Shown here in pieces: positions 23,660-35,882 of a stretch of 64,000 bases of DNA. The notes beneath the pieces are model-generated. The model saw nothing but the letters and a program-made list of their open reading frames with translations, ran no database searches and had not been told where the DNA came from. The first letter of the stretch is position 1. Each line of letters opens with the position of its first letter. The translations under genes were made by a program, and so were the position numbers. Source of the DNA: Laetmonice hystrix (Eukaryota); NCBI GenBank assembly GCA_965235115.1, contig OZ249446.1, positions 17,236,001-17,300,000 of the forward strand, written 5' to 3'.

Positions 23660-25517
23660 CATTGTCGCAGTGCATAGATGCATAGCTCTGCCACGATCCC
23701 AGTTGGAACGTTCGGGAAAAACAAGATGGTGGATGGGCTGCTAGTCGTTGAACAAATGAATCAAGATCAGATTTGTCCCTGAACTGCATGGCTGGACAGA
23801 CATCTTTATGTGTGACGCCAAAAAGAGAGGGATGAACTTTTCCTCTGACTTCTTCAGCCCCGGTTGCTTCTGCCGACCGATAACCAACAGATCATACGAT
23901 CAGGAGACAGCAAACTAGGCTAAGCCCCCCCAAAAAGGGCCACTGATTATCCATCAAAAGGTGCCCCCCTTTTCCTGAAATACTGGATCCGCCACTGCAG
24001 ACTGTTGGTCTATAATGCGGGACGAGAAAAAAACTGACAAATTTGAATTTAGACAGGTCTATACATTGTATATACACCATGCTTTATTATGCTACAACAT
24101 CAACACGGCAGTAAATTCATTATGAGGGCATACCAGATTTCATAGACCCCAACCATACACACAAGCTTACGTCACCATATAGAGCCTACATGCATTCATA
24201 GGCCCGGCCTAGGCCTATAACCTTATCATCCAAAATAGAGCATCATAATAATTAGATAGGTTGGTCACTTCGCCTGTTATTCTCTTTCAAATGTGTGTAT
24301 AAAACCCCACATAGTTGTATTTACTCAGAACCTCTTTACAAGAACGTGATGTAAAAGGCCTTAATAAAAACTTGATCGAAATAGGGGTTAGTCAGTATGT
24401 ACGTTAATGATTGCATCCATTGGTACCAAACACAATCATTATGATAGCCTGCTGCACGACCACATAAAACAAGAGGTAAAGCTATTTGTCTTTCCACCCA
24501 CTGACAGCAGAAAACCGGAAGTACATCTAACATGACGGAGAATTAATCGGAAGTAGGCCTTCACTAAGGTCAACAACACCACTCTAGGCTCTGACAACAG
24601 ATAAATAAAAACTAAGAACTCTAAGCGCATGCGGAACCAAACGTTGTATGGCCTCATCCGTAAAACCTCAATCTTTTTAAAAAGTTCCTAAAAGTTTCGA
24701 ACCTAAATGTTTCTAACCATTAGCATAACATATAGTTTACATGATGCAAAAATGAACTATACTTGTTATTATTAGCACGTGGGCCGGTTTGCGAGGGACG
24801 AGCGTATATAAATCATTCGTGTTTGTTACTGGTTTTAATATATTCAGACCTGCTTGAAAGTATGTACTTTGCTTTAAAACCATGAACGTAAAATATACAA
24901 TACAACATATAAAGTATAGGCCTAGGGTAGATTTTCATATAGAGCGTGCAATTAATATCACTCGAACAACCTGTTCGTATTAGTTGCTTAAAAGAAAATC
25001 TCTTTCTTCAATAGAATGTAAAGTCAATATCCTTTTCACTAAACATGCAACATTCAGTCTTTTCTATAGGCCTACATATCCGAATATATCTATAGAGTCG
25101 GACTAGCCAGTAAAACGTTCTGTGACCTCAAAAATGACATCCTCCAAGGTTGACTGATATGGACGTGATATGTTCTACATAATGCGCACATGAGATGTTT
25201 GTGATATCTAGTGTAGAGTGTATAATTATTATACATGATTAACATCGTCTTATAGTCAGATGATGATGAATATGATGATATAGGCCTACAAGGATGATGA
25301 CAGATGAACAGACACATGTCACACGTTGCTCTTCCACATGGTTCTTGACTACAACCATTTCAAAAATCTCTTGGAGTTAAAGCCTGTCAGGTCCACGTTT
25401 TGCTTCAACAGATATTTCACCAGTTAGTTTCCCGAGACATAACAACGTAGGGGGCTTACGAGTACAAGCACCAAGAATACCGGGGTGGGGTGGGGATTCC
25501 CTCGGCATGACTCTATG

Positions 25518-27997
25518 CTAAGGTCGACAGTGGACGAGTGGTGGGGCGGTGGGTTCGGGACCACTGGTGCTGGCAAACACAACCGTTTTGTGTGGCCCCT
25601 CATTCTCTTTGTCTATGCTGGATTCTCTTTTTCCACTGGATACTTTGAGTTGGACCGCAGGCGACTGGGACGGGCTTCGGTTTACGAGCATTCGACGAGC
25701 ATTCAGAAATGCTGGCGACGTCATCGCAGAGTACTTGGTGAAAATCTGCTTCATTGGAACATCAAACTCCAGAACAAGGTCAAGAGCAGTCTTTCCCTCT
25801 TTGTTTTTGCTTGTGATATCAGCCCTGGCTAGAATGAGCATCTCCACCACGTGGTGAAACTGGTTTTTGGCGGCAAAATGCAATGCCGTATCACCTTGCG
25901 AGTTGTGCTGGTTCACCTTGACTTGTTTCTTCAGGAAAAGGTCGACCATCATGTCGTAATCATCCTTTTTGCGCATGCTTCTATGATCGTGTTTGTGCAA
26001 GAGGACACAGTGTAGAGCCGTTTGGTCGTCGGAATCCAGGACATTGACGCTAGCCCCGAATCTGTCCAGCAGGAAGCGAACCGTCTCGATGAGTCCTCGC
26101 TCTGCCGCCAGGTGGAGGGCAGTCTTCTCCTTGCCGTCTTCAGTGCACGGAACTTTGATGTTGACGTCAACGTAGCGCGAGAAAATGTCAATCAACGGCA
26201 CGTGACCCTCTAGGGCGGCGATGTGCAAGGGACTGGGGCCTTTCTGACCTTCATGGAAGATTGATGCGCTATGCTCCAGCAGAATCCGCACAAGTTCCAC
26301 ATGGCCGTACTTGGTGGCGAGTTGCAATGGGGACAGGCCGTCCTGGTCCAACCGATTCACATTGGCGCCACGGAATAGCAACATCCGCGCCGAAACGTAG
26401 TCCGCTTTCTTGACGGCAATGTGAAGCGCCGACCTGTTGTGATGGTCAAGCCGGTTGACGTCTGCGTTGTTGTCTAGCAAGAGGCAGACTGTGTCCGGTA
26501 GGCCGTTCTTGACGGCAACGTGTAAAGGACTGACATGAGTTTGTTTTCCCGGTGTCGGAGACTCTGTCAGGAAGTTCGCCTGGGCGCCGTTGTCCAGCAT
26601 GTACTTGAGAATGGACGTGTCCTTGAGCCTGCTCGCCTCAAGTATTGCTGTCTCGATTTCCCTGCCCAGTTTCTCGCCAAGGTCGTTGATGTTGAGGAGG
26701 GCTTTGTCCTTACGCTTTAGCCGGGTTTCAATGATGGCGCGGACATCACGGGGGTTGTTGTCCCGGACAGCCTGGATTAAGTCGGCAACATGTCGAGCGT
26801 CTCTAGGCATGTCGGATCGGTGGCTCTCTGCCGGCAAGATTCTGAAAACATAGAAAAAAATGGAGTGTTTCAAAACCAGAGTCTTAAAATAGAAAGGGCG
26901 TTCCTGGATGACGAAGCTTTGGCCACTGTGTGCAGAATTGGTATAGGCATTATGGAATATACCTAACAAATAGCATCACTGTTACCATCACTATAAAAAC
27001 AGGTCGGCCTATAGCCTATACACAGGTAGATCTACACGTAAATATATGACCTTGATAGTCTCTGGGTTGATTCGTTATTAGTTGTCACTGACTCCGAATG
27101 GGTCCATGAGGAACATTTGAAAAACTAGTCTAGTTGGAATTAAACGCAGGAACCCATTCTGACAAGGCTCAAAACACACTTGGCCTACGGTTTTATCACA
27201 TTGCATGTATATCGCGGATCCAGGTTAGGGGGGTTAAACCTCCCAATGGATAGCTTGAGACATTGCCATAGAATTTTAACCCCCCTCTCAACACGTCGAA
27301 ATACAAAACCTGCATTGATCTGGCCCCTTCCAACCTAACCACACCTCAACTTTACATCAGAGGACGTACCGTACAGTGGGATCCTCTCTATAACATAGAT
27401 TTCTCACATTCACTGGCCTTGAGAAGATGACCTTTGATTTGGGACGCTGGTTAATTGATACCAGGCCCTGCCCTCCCATTTATACCAGGCTCCGACCTCT
27501 CATATTGCTGGACTCAAGGTGCTCCAACCTTCAACTTGTTGGGCCTACAATCTCTCGCATTGTAGGCAGTACATTTCCTCTAGTAAAACTCAGAGGGGAT
27601 TTATATAGGTAGGCAGCCAGCATATGGCCGGTAGGGTTGATATCCTGTCTCAGCTCGTCCCTCCTCTGTGTCGTCTTTATGTAAAGCATGCAGAGCCAGA
27701 CACAAGTAGCAGTTTTCGGGTGGAGTCCCCACCCTGGAGTCGCCGGGTACGTTCGGGTGGCCGTCTGGTACAGAATCACGCGGAGTGGCTATAGCCATCA
27801 CTCAGGGGAGTTGGCGACGGACCGCTCCTCTGTACTCTTGTGTCCACCATAACACACCAACCGGCGACCCCTGCACACAGCAAGATGCTGGTACTCATCC
27901 CAGGCCCGTCCATCCTGTACATACTCTGACCACAACTCATTCTTTACCTGCTCTTCTGGAACCGGCCGAAGAACCCGCTCAGTTTCGACCGCTTCAT
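25518..27997 (-). CDS. Ankyrin-repeat protein (about 7-8 ANK repeats), about 457 aa
   Basis: Main exon 26841-25518 follows the acceptor TTTCTATGTTTTCAG and encodes SPLHVAVKNG, SALHIAVKKA, SPLQLATKYG, SPLHIAALEG, TALHLAAERG, TALHCVL, TALHFAAKNQ and KTALDL. A candidate first coding exon, 27997-27948 (MKRSKLSGFFGRFQKSR, donor AG|GTAAAG, phase 2), joins in frame but is less certain. The alternative start is the ATG at 26810. Confidence 0.85.
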
Positions 27998-29476
27998 CTT
28001 CACCGATCTACCGTGTCGGGATGAAGAGAAGGAGGCGTTGGGAATTGTGCCACAAACTGGCGGGGAGTGGGAGGGAGCGGCCGACACCCCGGGCGGGGAG
28101 GGTTAGGACGCCGGCGGGGAGGGGGCCAAGCAGGTTTCTCCTCCACTCACCTGCTGGGTCCCAGTCATGGGGAGCGTGAGGCTGAGGCGGGGGCGGGGGG
28201 AGTAGGGCCGCCCCGCAGCCCCACAGTCACTACGACACCGCTGTTTACCTCAGTCCGGGTGGGATTTCTTCAACCAAGAGAAACTGTTTGGACAAGATGC
28301 CCGCAGAGCAGGCTCCATAGATTATACGTGACCCCACAGACCTGGAGGAATTGGGGTTAGGGGGAAATATCACTCCTAGAACACTTTAAAAAGGGAAGAT
28401 AGAGGTATCACTTCCCAAACGGGGGCAACCCACGCTAACATAAACAACACCTAACTTTATTACGAGAATTTATCTAACACCCTATAACCTGCAGGAATCA
28501 ATGCTAAAAGTATGGTCGCCCAAATGTTGAAATCTAATTTAATGAACTCTGCCCTCCCAAACTCTCCCTGAGTGCCTATGTGCTATTCCCCAGGGGCGGA
28601 TCCAGGAGGATTCGACAGTTTTCCGGAAACCAGTCAAAGTTTTAGCTCCTCCGCTCCCAAACAATGTCTTTACACAATAATCTCTAGTAAATTACTTTAA
28701 ACGTGGCTCCTATAGCAACCCATGCCCACACCACCATCCGTTGAGTCGCTCCTCTGCGTCCATCCGTAGAAAATAAAAAATATTCTAGTTATATAAATCC
28801 ACGCTCCTGTCCATCTCTATAACTCAATGTTATATTACAGACCTTCTGTCTATATAGGCCCCTACGCCTCATGCCGTGGACACATGAAGCCTACTTACCG
28901 TGAATGCACCGCGTGACCCGTTGTGCGATCCTCTGCCCTACCCGTACTGAGAAGTAACCACCTCCTCTGCAGACTCCTAACTGAACCGTTTCCACAGAGT
29001 CTGGCGTTAGCGATCAGCAAACAGCTTCAGACCCTAACAACCATTCGGCTGGTCAAAACTTCGCGCGCTGTTGAAAACACCGACATGAGAATGATGCGCA
29101 TTTGGTGGTCGCATTTACTTATATACACCATCTTGCTCCTGACGACCGACCACCGGACGTGACTCATCTAATATTATTAAGTCGCAGAGATCGAACAGTC
29201 AGTGACACGGATCGCCACGGCGTTATGTATCCAGGGAGAGGAGCCGACCGTCTTCAGATCTGGTTCAGTAGGGCAGCCAATGGTCGGCCAGCCTCTCCGG
29301 CAGGTCAAGACAAAGAGGGATTCTCACCCAGTTTCGCGTTGTAATACGATCTCAAAACCTGGAAATTAACAAGTGGTCATGGCCGCAACCTATTAATATA
29401 TTGGGGAGTTATCCGAAGGCAGGAATCGATAAGACACAATGGCACAGCCACTCTTTATCTGATGACTTCCGCGATG

Positions 29477-29658
29477 TAGTCAGACCTCGTGTATCCGAAC
29501 AACTTGGTGCCTATTAAAAAATGTGTTCGGTAGGTGAACCATATACGGATTACTGAATCATTTTAATTAGAAAATGGTAGAACTGGTTACCAGATATTGT
29601 GTTCGGATTGTGAGGTATATGGAGTAAAGTAGGAAGCAGAGTTAACGAGGTCTGACTG
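29477..29658. mobile_element. Tc1/pogo-like MITE; a second partial copy lies at about 31057-31170
   Basis: TIRs (C/T)AGTCAGACCTCG and CGAGGTCTGACTG. The second copy begins TA|CAGTCAGACCTCG and is about 80% similar over about 110 bp. Confidence 0.7.
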
Positions 29659-31226
29659 GACAAAGGTGTTAATTCTTACGGTACAAAACCTAGGACGTCT
29701 CGATATGACAATCTGTCACGACAGACCCATGAGATTTCTCATTGGGTTGGCGTAAACACACATTGGAACATGGTGACCTTTCCTGCAGCTGATCCGATCC
29801 TAGGTAAGAGGAACTTTTCACCCCGGAGACCTCTAGGTATGACCGAGTTAAAATGCACCCATCAAGGCTCCCCACCGCATCTCACATCCCTGAACACTTA
29901 TAACGAAACTATTTTTCTTGCAACACACTGCTCTTTTTATGTATCGGCGTACAGGTTGAAAATGACTACTCAGTGACATTATTATTAACATGGCCTAGAA
30001 ACCATAAAGTTGATGGGTGATTCCTGTTTTGTCATCATCGAGTTATTTATTGGCAACTAACGTAGAGTCTATAGCGTCTCTCTTTTTTCATCAGAATCCG
30101 CGAATCTTATAGTCGATCACAGATAATTTCCTTACAGGAGCCGCTGGCGATGAACTGTCTGGGACTCAGTAATTATTTTAGTATGGACGCGTGTCTTCGT
30201 TCCCATTTCCGTAACATTTCTCCGCCATTAAATAATTACCACTGCACTCTTGTCCAGAGGTAACACAACACACTATGTTGTCACCCTATAGTCTGGTCAA
30301 TTACATACACGCGCTGTAGATGAAATGTCGGACTCCGGACGATGGAATTCGGTCAATTCCATCTATACCGAAGGGCTCATGAACTAATTGACACAGTTCA
30401 CGGATGGGAGGGGGGGGGGGGGGGTACTTGGGACATTAATGTGAACCTTGCTTTTCAGAAATTACGAGAGGTTCATACGCACAAGTTTAAGGTCTCACAG
30501 CGCTTATTAATTTAATGTTGTAAAAATTAGGAAATCTTGGTGCGATATCTTCGTACAAGATTACCTGTCCATGCAGAGCCGCGAATAAAACCAAATCGGA
30601 TGAGTCGATTGATAATTAAAGCTAGGTTTATGCTCTATTGTATCATTTGATTAATCTTTATTTCCAAACGTTTAGGAACCTATAGTTCTCCGAGAATGAT
30701 GTCAGAAAAGATGGAGAGTTACGTTGATTCCCGCCAGTGTCCGTTTCCCGGGTGATATAGCCGGTCTATTAAAGATACAGAGAGTGGACAATCTCATTAA
30801 CCGAGTAACCTAGATGCCCAATGTCACTGGGTCGGCATGGTCAGACTGACGACCAAGACTATAATGTTACATACGTGACATATCTAGTGACTTTATTAGT
30901 GACGGGTATTTAGATGACACCTACAAGACAATGATTATGACGTCACTGAAATGGCGACACTTGGTTATAAATAACCAGCCCTTATTGTAGATCCTTACAG
31001 TAATTAGACGGTATAGCTTTTCAAAATGCAATGCCACGCACCGAGTAACTTTATTACAGTCAGACCTCGTTTATCCGAACAGCTTGGTGCCCATTAAAAT
31101 GTGTTCGGTTTATGAAACATACGGATTACTAAATGATTTTAAATAGAAAATGGTAGAACAGGTTACTCGAGTTCGTGATAAAAATCGCGCCAGTGTGAAT
31201 GGCCGTGCTCTGTATTGAGCCGATTG

Positions 31227-31383
31227 CAGGCTCGTACCCGGGGGGGGGACCCCCCCCCCCCCTCCGGGAGGGAGCCTCGCACCTGAGGGTACCCAGGCTC
31301 AGGCTACGGCTGTAGGCCCCACGAACTGAATACAAAAGATGGACCCCCCCCCCCCCCCAAGGCCAATCCTGGGTACGGGCCCG
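31227..31383. mobile_element. hAT-like MITE with 5-bp TSD GATTG
   Basis: TIRs CAGGCTCGTACCC and GGGTACGGGCCCG. GATTG at 31222-31226 and 31384-31388. Confidence 0.8.
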
Positions 31384-34300
31384 GATTGAAACATGTGTCA
31401 TTTACAGATATGACGTCAACGACTCTGGCTGGGCGCTTCCATGCCCCCCTTCTCTCATGAGCTGCTAAAGATTTCTGTCAGGATATTGATCACCGTGTTC
31501 AGGGACCTGAATACTTGTATAAGGTAACTTCATTTGTCCTTAATTAGCAAACTATTATGCATGCATACTGACTTGCGTGTAAGTCGTGGATAACTCCGCT
31601 GGTCCGTTACAATGGACCTATTGCATATACTACTCGCTCGTATACAATTGTCGTCCGGTGACAATTCCTTCATGGTAACGTCTTGTTCATTGAAGGTACG
31701 CATGCATGGTCAACAGAGACTTTTGGTCAGTTGATGATTTTCGTATCACTGGCGTAAAAACTCCACTGGACAAAAAGAAGATTATAGATTCCCGTAATGA
31801 CATTATATGGTGCGGCACACTTTGGAAATGTTTGTTCTGAGCAGATGTGGTTTGACAATGTATGCTGACGTTTGGCGCTTACAAAACGCTCTGGTAAATA
31901 TCCACACACGTAAGCCTTTCTACCCGTCGTACCTGCCTGCCTCAGCAGCTGTTGTTACCTAACGTGCCCATCACTCGTGTTGGTACATGGTGCACGCTGG
32001 TGCAGACTGCGTGTATTGTCAACTTTATATTGGAGGGCAGACCGAACAAAGGTTTACCATCTCACGTGCGGCTGGGGCCTGCAGCCGTCTTCGACAAACA
32101 ACCCCACACACAACTTCACGGAGAGGACAGATGGAGAAGGCCCGGTTATCTAGGGAGAAATCCCTCTCCGACACAGGGGTAAATAGTCACCAGGTTCAAT
32201 GCCAACCATGACGAATTCACTTACCAACGTGTTGCATTCATTACAAAACACCACAGAAAGTTAACACCGGGGGCGGATCCAGGTGGGGGGGGGGGGGTGT
32301 GCACCATCAAAGATACTTGTGAGGTCCCCAAAGTATAGGACTGTGCATCGGTTCTTATCCCTATTTTACGTCTACTTAATACCAAAAAAAATTGCAGTCA
32401 GGGTCCAAAAGGAAATGGTACTATCACTCTCAAGTTGGCCTATTGAAGTTGGGTCAATGTATAGTTCTCCATTTAGGCCCCCTAGTTTTTTGATGAGTCT
32501 ACAGTCTTCAACTTCTTAATACCACCTTTCCTTTGTTTTATCCTATTACCATCACACGAGGTCAAAGGGTGGCGAGACTTAGTATAAATAGCCCTATCTT
32601 GTCTCTTCTCACTCAATACATGGGACACGGAGTCACAGGTGACCGGTCGGGGCGACCTCCTACCCGGGACGGTGTCACCGACTCCACCAGACCGAGCTGG
32701 CCGGTGGAACCCGGCGTCCACCATTATACCCTGTCCGTAATACACACATTCTATTACTTCCTATAGGGCCTACTAATGATACTATATTGAACCAGTATGG
32801 TACATGTATATGACAGAATGCTTGTTATGCCTCACTTACCGTTGTTGGCTCAATATAAATTAAAATGTTGGTCTGCACAGCGACACGAGGCCCGGAGTTG
32901 TCGCGATCTCAGAACATGCAGTGCGCGGCAGTGCAATGTTAACCTTGACAATGAGATTCGGATGGCTGCACCTGGACTAAATAACTTCTCTTCGGATGGG
33001 TGAGGAAGGTGACAGTGTGTGTGTGTGTGTGTGTCGGGGGGGGGGGGGGGGGATTGGCAAAGTGCAGGTGCGGAGTAATTTTGTGAGACACCCAGCATAT
33101 TGAAGGCAACTTACACTGGGATTGGCCAATTATGAAATACGTGACCAACGCGACGCAGCACATCACTCTTTGTCTCTAGTACTTTCCACGTCGCGTAAAT
33201 CTCAATTTTATAAGTAGATCAGAGCTGCAGTCATGTCTTTCAGTTTTGAACGGATATAGGCCTACTGTATACTTTTTTCTTAGTTAATTAATTACTTTTA
33301 CATTACTTTCGAAAATAAAGAAATTATGGCGAAATTTATGGAAATTATCAACTCTTGCCTTAAAATGATAATGAATACTATATATAGTCATTACAAGAAT
33401 AGTTTCATTTGGTAAGTGGAGGCCCACGATTCCCCTCCCCTATAAGCCACGCGTATGGACGGTCTTTGTTCATCCGTGACTCCTGTCGCCCGCTATGATT
33501 AGGCCAACACTGATGGTTGTCACGACCGTCATTACCACACACAGTCATGTGGGGCCTGTCTTACTAACGATGGTCCCCAGTAAAAGTCCCAAGATCGGGG
33601 ATATTCCCGTTGTGACGTGTCTTACTAAATGTGACCTCCCGTTATGGGGATGTCCCTGATTTGGGGAGTGACATTCTTAGTAAGACGGGCCCCAGTTGGA
33701 TCCGTCACTGGTCAGGGGTCGTCCCGGTACCGTACACCGCGCGGACCGGTATCCGCGCTCGATGTCGTCTGCGTCTCATGACGTCACGCAGCGGTAGGTT
33801 CGTCCTTGGGAGTCTTCCAATTTTTGTCAGTGCATTAATCTGTATCTATCCTAACAGTTGAGGCCCCGAATCCGATGATATTTTGATTCGGGCTTGGACT
33901 GAATTTGAATCGGAATCGGAAGTACGGAGTGCCTGCTTGAGCGCCCCCCCCCCCCCCAAAAAAAAGAAGAAAATCCACCCCTCAGCCCCCTACTCCCAAC
34001 AATATTAGCCAACAAAAGGAACGTGCCCGTATCTCATCATGTGCTAATCTCCCCTTCACATTTTACAGCCACCCCGTAGCCCCCCCCCCCCCATCCCCCC
34101 ACCCCCCAACTAAAACGGACTGAAGGCCGCCACTGCCACTACCGGGAAAAACAGCCTGACGGAAATCTTAAACACCCCCTCCGGGATATATGTCAGCGGA
34201 AAGTAAACTTTCATTTGTCACAAACAGAAATGTCTAACTAGTTTATGTTCCACTTTATTGTTCGCAAAATCAGTCATGAATCCAGTCAGTGATATCACGC

Positions 34301-35882
34301 GTACAGCAGACAAATAATTAGGGGTCTCAGCAAATCGTACACCGCATTTTAATTAGCACGTCAGTCAGCTCGCAGGGACAATGTCATCCACTTCTATACT
34401 TGGTCCCTGTTATGCACAAAGAGGCTTGGGACTCATCATGGCAATTTTAAATTAGCGTACCGCGTATGAAGATAGCACATCTTGTAGAAATCAAGATAAA
34501 AAAAACCTTATGTCCTAACAGGGGACCAGCAAAGCGGAAACACCTCTGATCGGAGCCTGCATGACGTTTCGTAGTTTTATTGTACACATGGAAACGCTCC
34601 CATAGGAAATAGGCATAAACCATCGAATCGGAAACCGATAACGGAAACGGACCCATAGAAACCCGGCTTAAAGCACTTATATTAGTTATAATAGTAACTA
34701 CCATGCATTCACGTGCGTCAAAGAGACAGGTCCTTGTCCAGCACTTGTCTTGCGCCACCAATGAGAACCTTACTCAGTTACTGCCCATGAAAATCTCTTA
34801 CTCTCCTCTGATTTCAATAAGTTCCTGATAAACAGGCTATTCTTGACAGATTTACCGCGCGTTGAACCCAATTGTTTTCACAGTGAGGTTACAAAAACAT
34901 GTAACGTTGTTTGGTGGACATAATCTCCCTTCACGTCGTTATGTATAACATTGACAATGACGAATGATACCAACCATACCATACCATACGTGAATGATAC
35001 CAACTATCTCATACCAGATGTTGGAAGGAGAGGGTGTAGAAACCACATTTTACACTCAAATATTTCAACCGTAGCCCAAGAGGATGGAATGAAGAGGTTA
35101 TAGACCACATCGCTTCAAGTCTTATATAATTTCTTTAAACCAGTTTGTGTTAGTTTCAAACTATTTAAGTATTATTGACTGAGTTATTGTTGATTCTATA
35201 ACAAAGCCTCTTCCTAAGTTCAGAGTATTTATTACACAATATGACTTGGATATAAAGTTAATAGTACATGTATCGAGAATTTCTAACTAAGGCATTGATG
35301 TGTTGCAACACTTTGGGACCTGATTGAAATTCCCTTTGAATTCGTTAATTCCTGAAACTGATGTGGCGACAGTGAAACATATATTACGTTTCCTGTGAGA
35401 AAAGAGGATCTTGCATTTCTATCTCCATGCCTCAATGAAACCTTGAAATTATCCATGCACGATTAGTAGACATCTTTACTTGCCCACAAAACAGATATCC
35501 TTTCTGTCACTAGTGTCAGATAGTGTGTAAGGCACGTGATGACTGACTGAGGCATTACACATGAATCATGTTATATTCGACAAGTGGACCATAATAAAGT
35601 AGGAATTGCAATCAGTATTACTCATTTTCCCCCCGATTCCTTCCCCCTACCCACATCCTTATGAATAATGTAATGTGAGCAGTATGGTTATAATTGACAT
35701 TAGTAACACAGCAATTGCTTTGAATCCCTTTCTTCAGTTTCAGGACTGTTTGACCATGATAATAAACCCTTAACCCACCCTTTCTGTGACCCTCCAATGA
35801 CGTCATCAATGGATTTAGTTATCCGCTGACCACAAATCTTGCAGTATTCTGAGACTGTTCCACTAGTTCCAGACAGGTACGT

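Larger units (their letters stand above)
22130..23800 (-). mobile_element. Decayed DNA-transposon transposase (Academ-like, PIN/XPG-like segment) interrupted by two MITEs
   Basis: Minus-strand fragments: HCDNALQIGQCSMKKMIGKTYSELTLRRKDKVKSLAAM, INPSLLFNRI, YELALKPASVFLDGQIRKTEK, FVIDGGYL, ATVVLDGY and FLDNCNK..LID. There are internal stops. The superfamily assignment rests on recalled motifs only. Confidence 0.65.

Noticed and set aside
24505-24640. ETS (CCGGAAGT) and NRF1-like (GCGCATGCG) motifs suggesting a promoter
   Set aside because: No downstream gene was identified, and isolated short motifs are expected by chance.
27530-27800. Possible retroelement zinc knuckle or integrase (CYLCLALH; NPTGHMLAAYLY)
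   Set aside because: The spacing does not fit CX2CX4HX4C and the integrase resemblance is too weak.
33550-33694. Short element with inverted ends GGGGCCTGTCTTACTAA and TTAGTAAGACGGGCCCC
   Set aside because: Probably a MITE, but no TSD is visible, so it was not classified.
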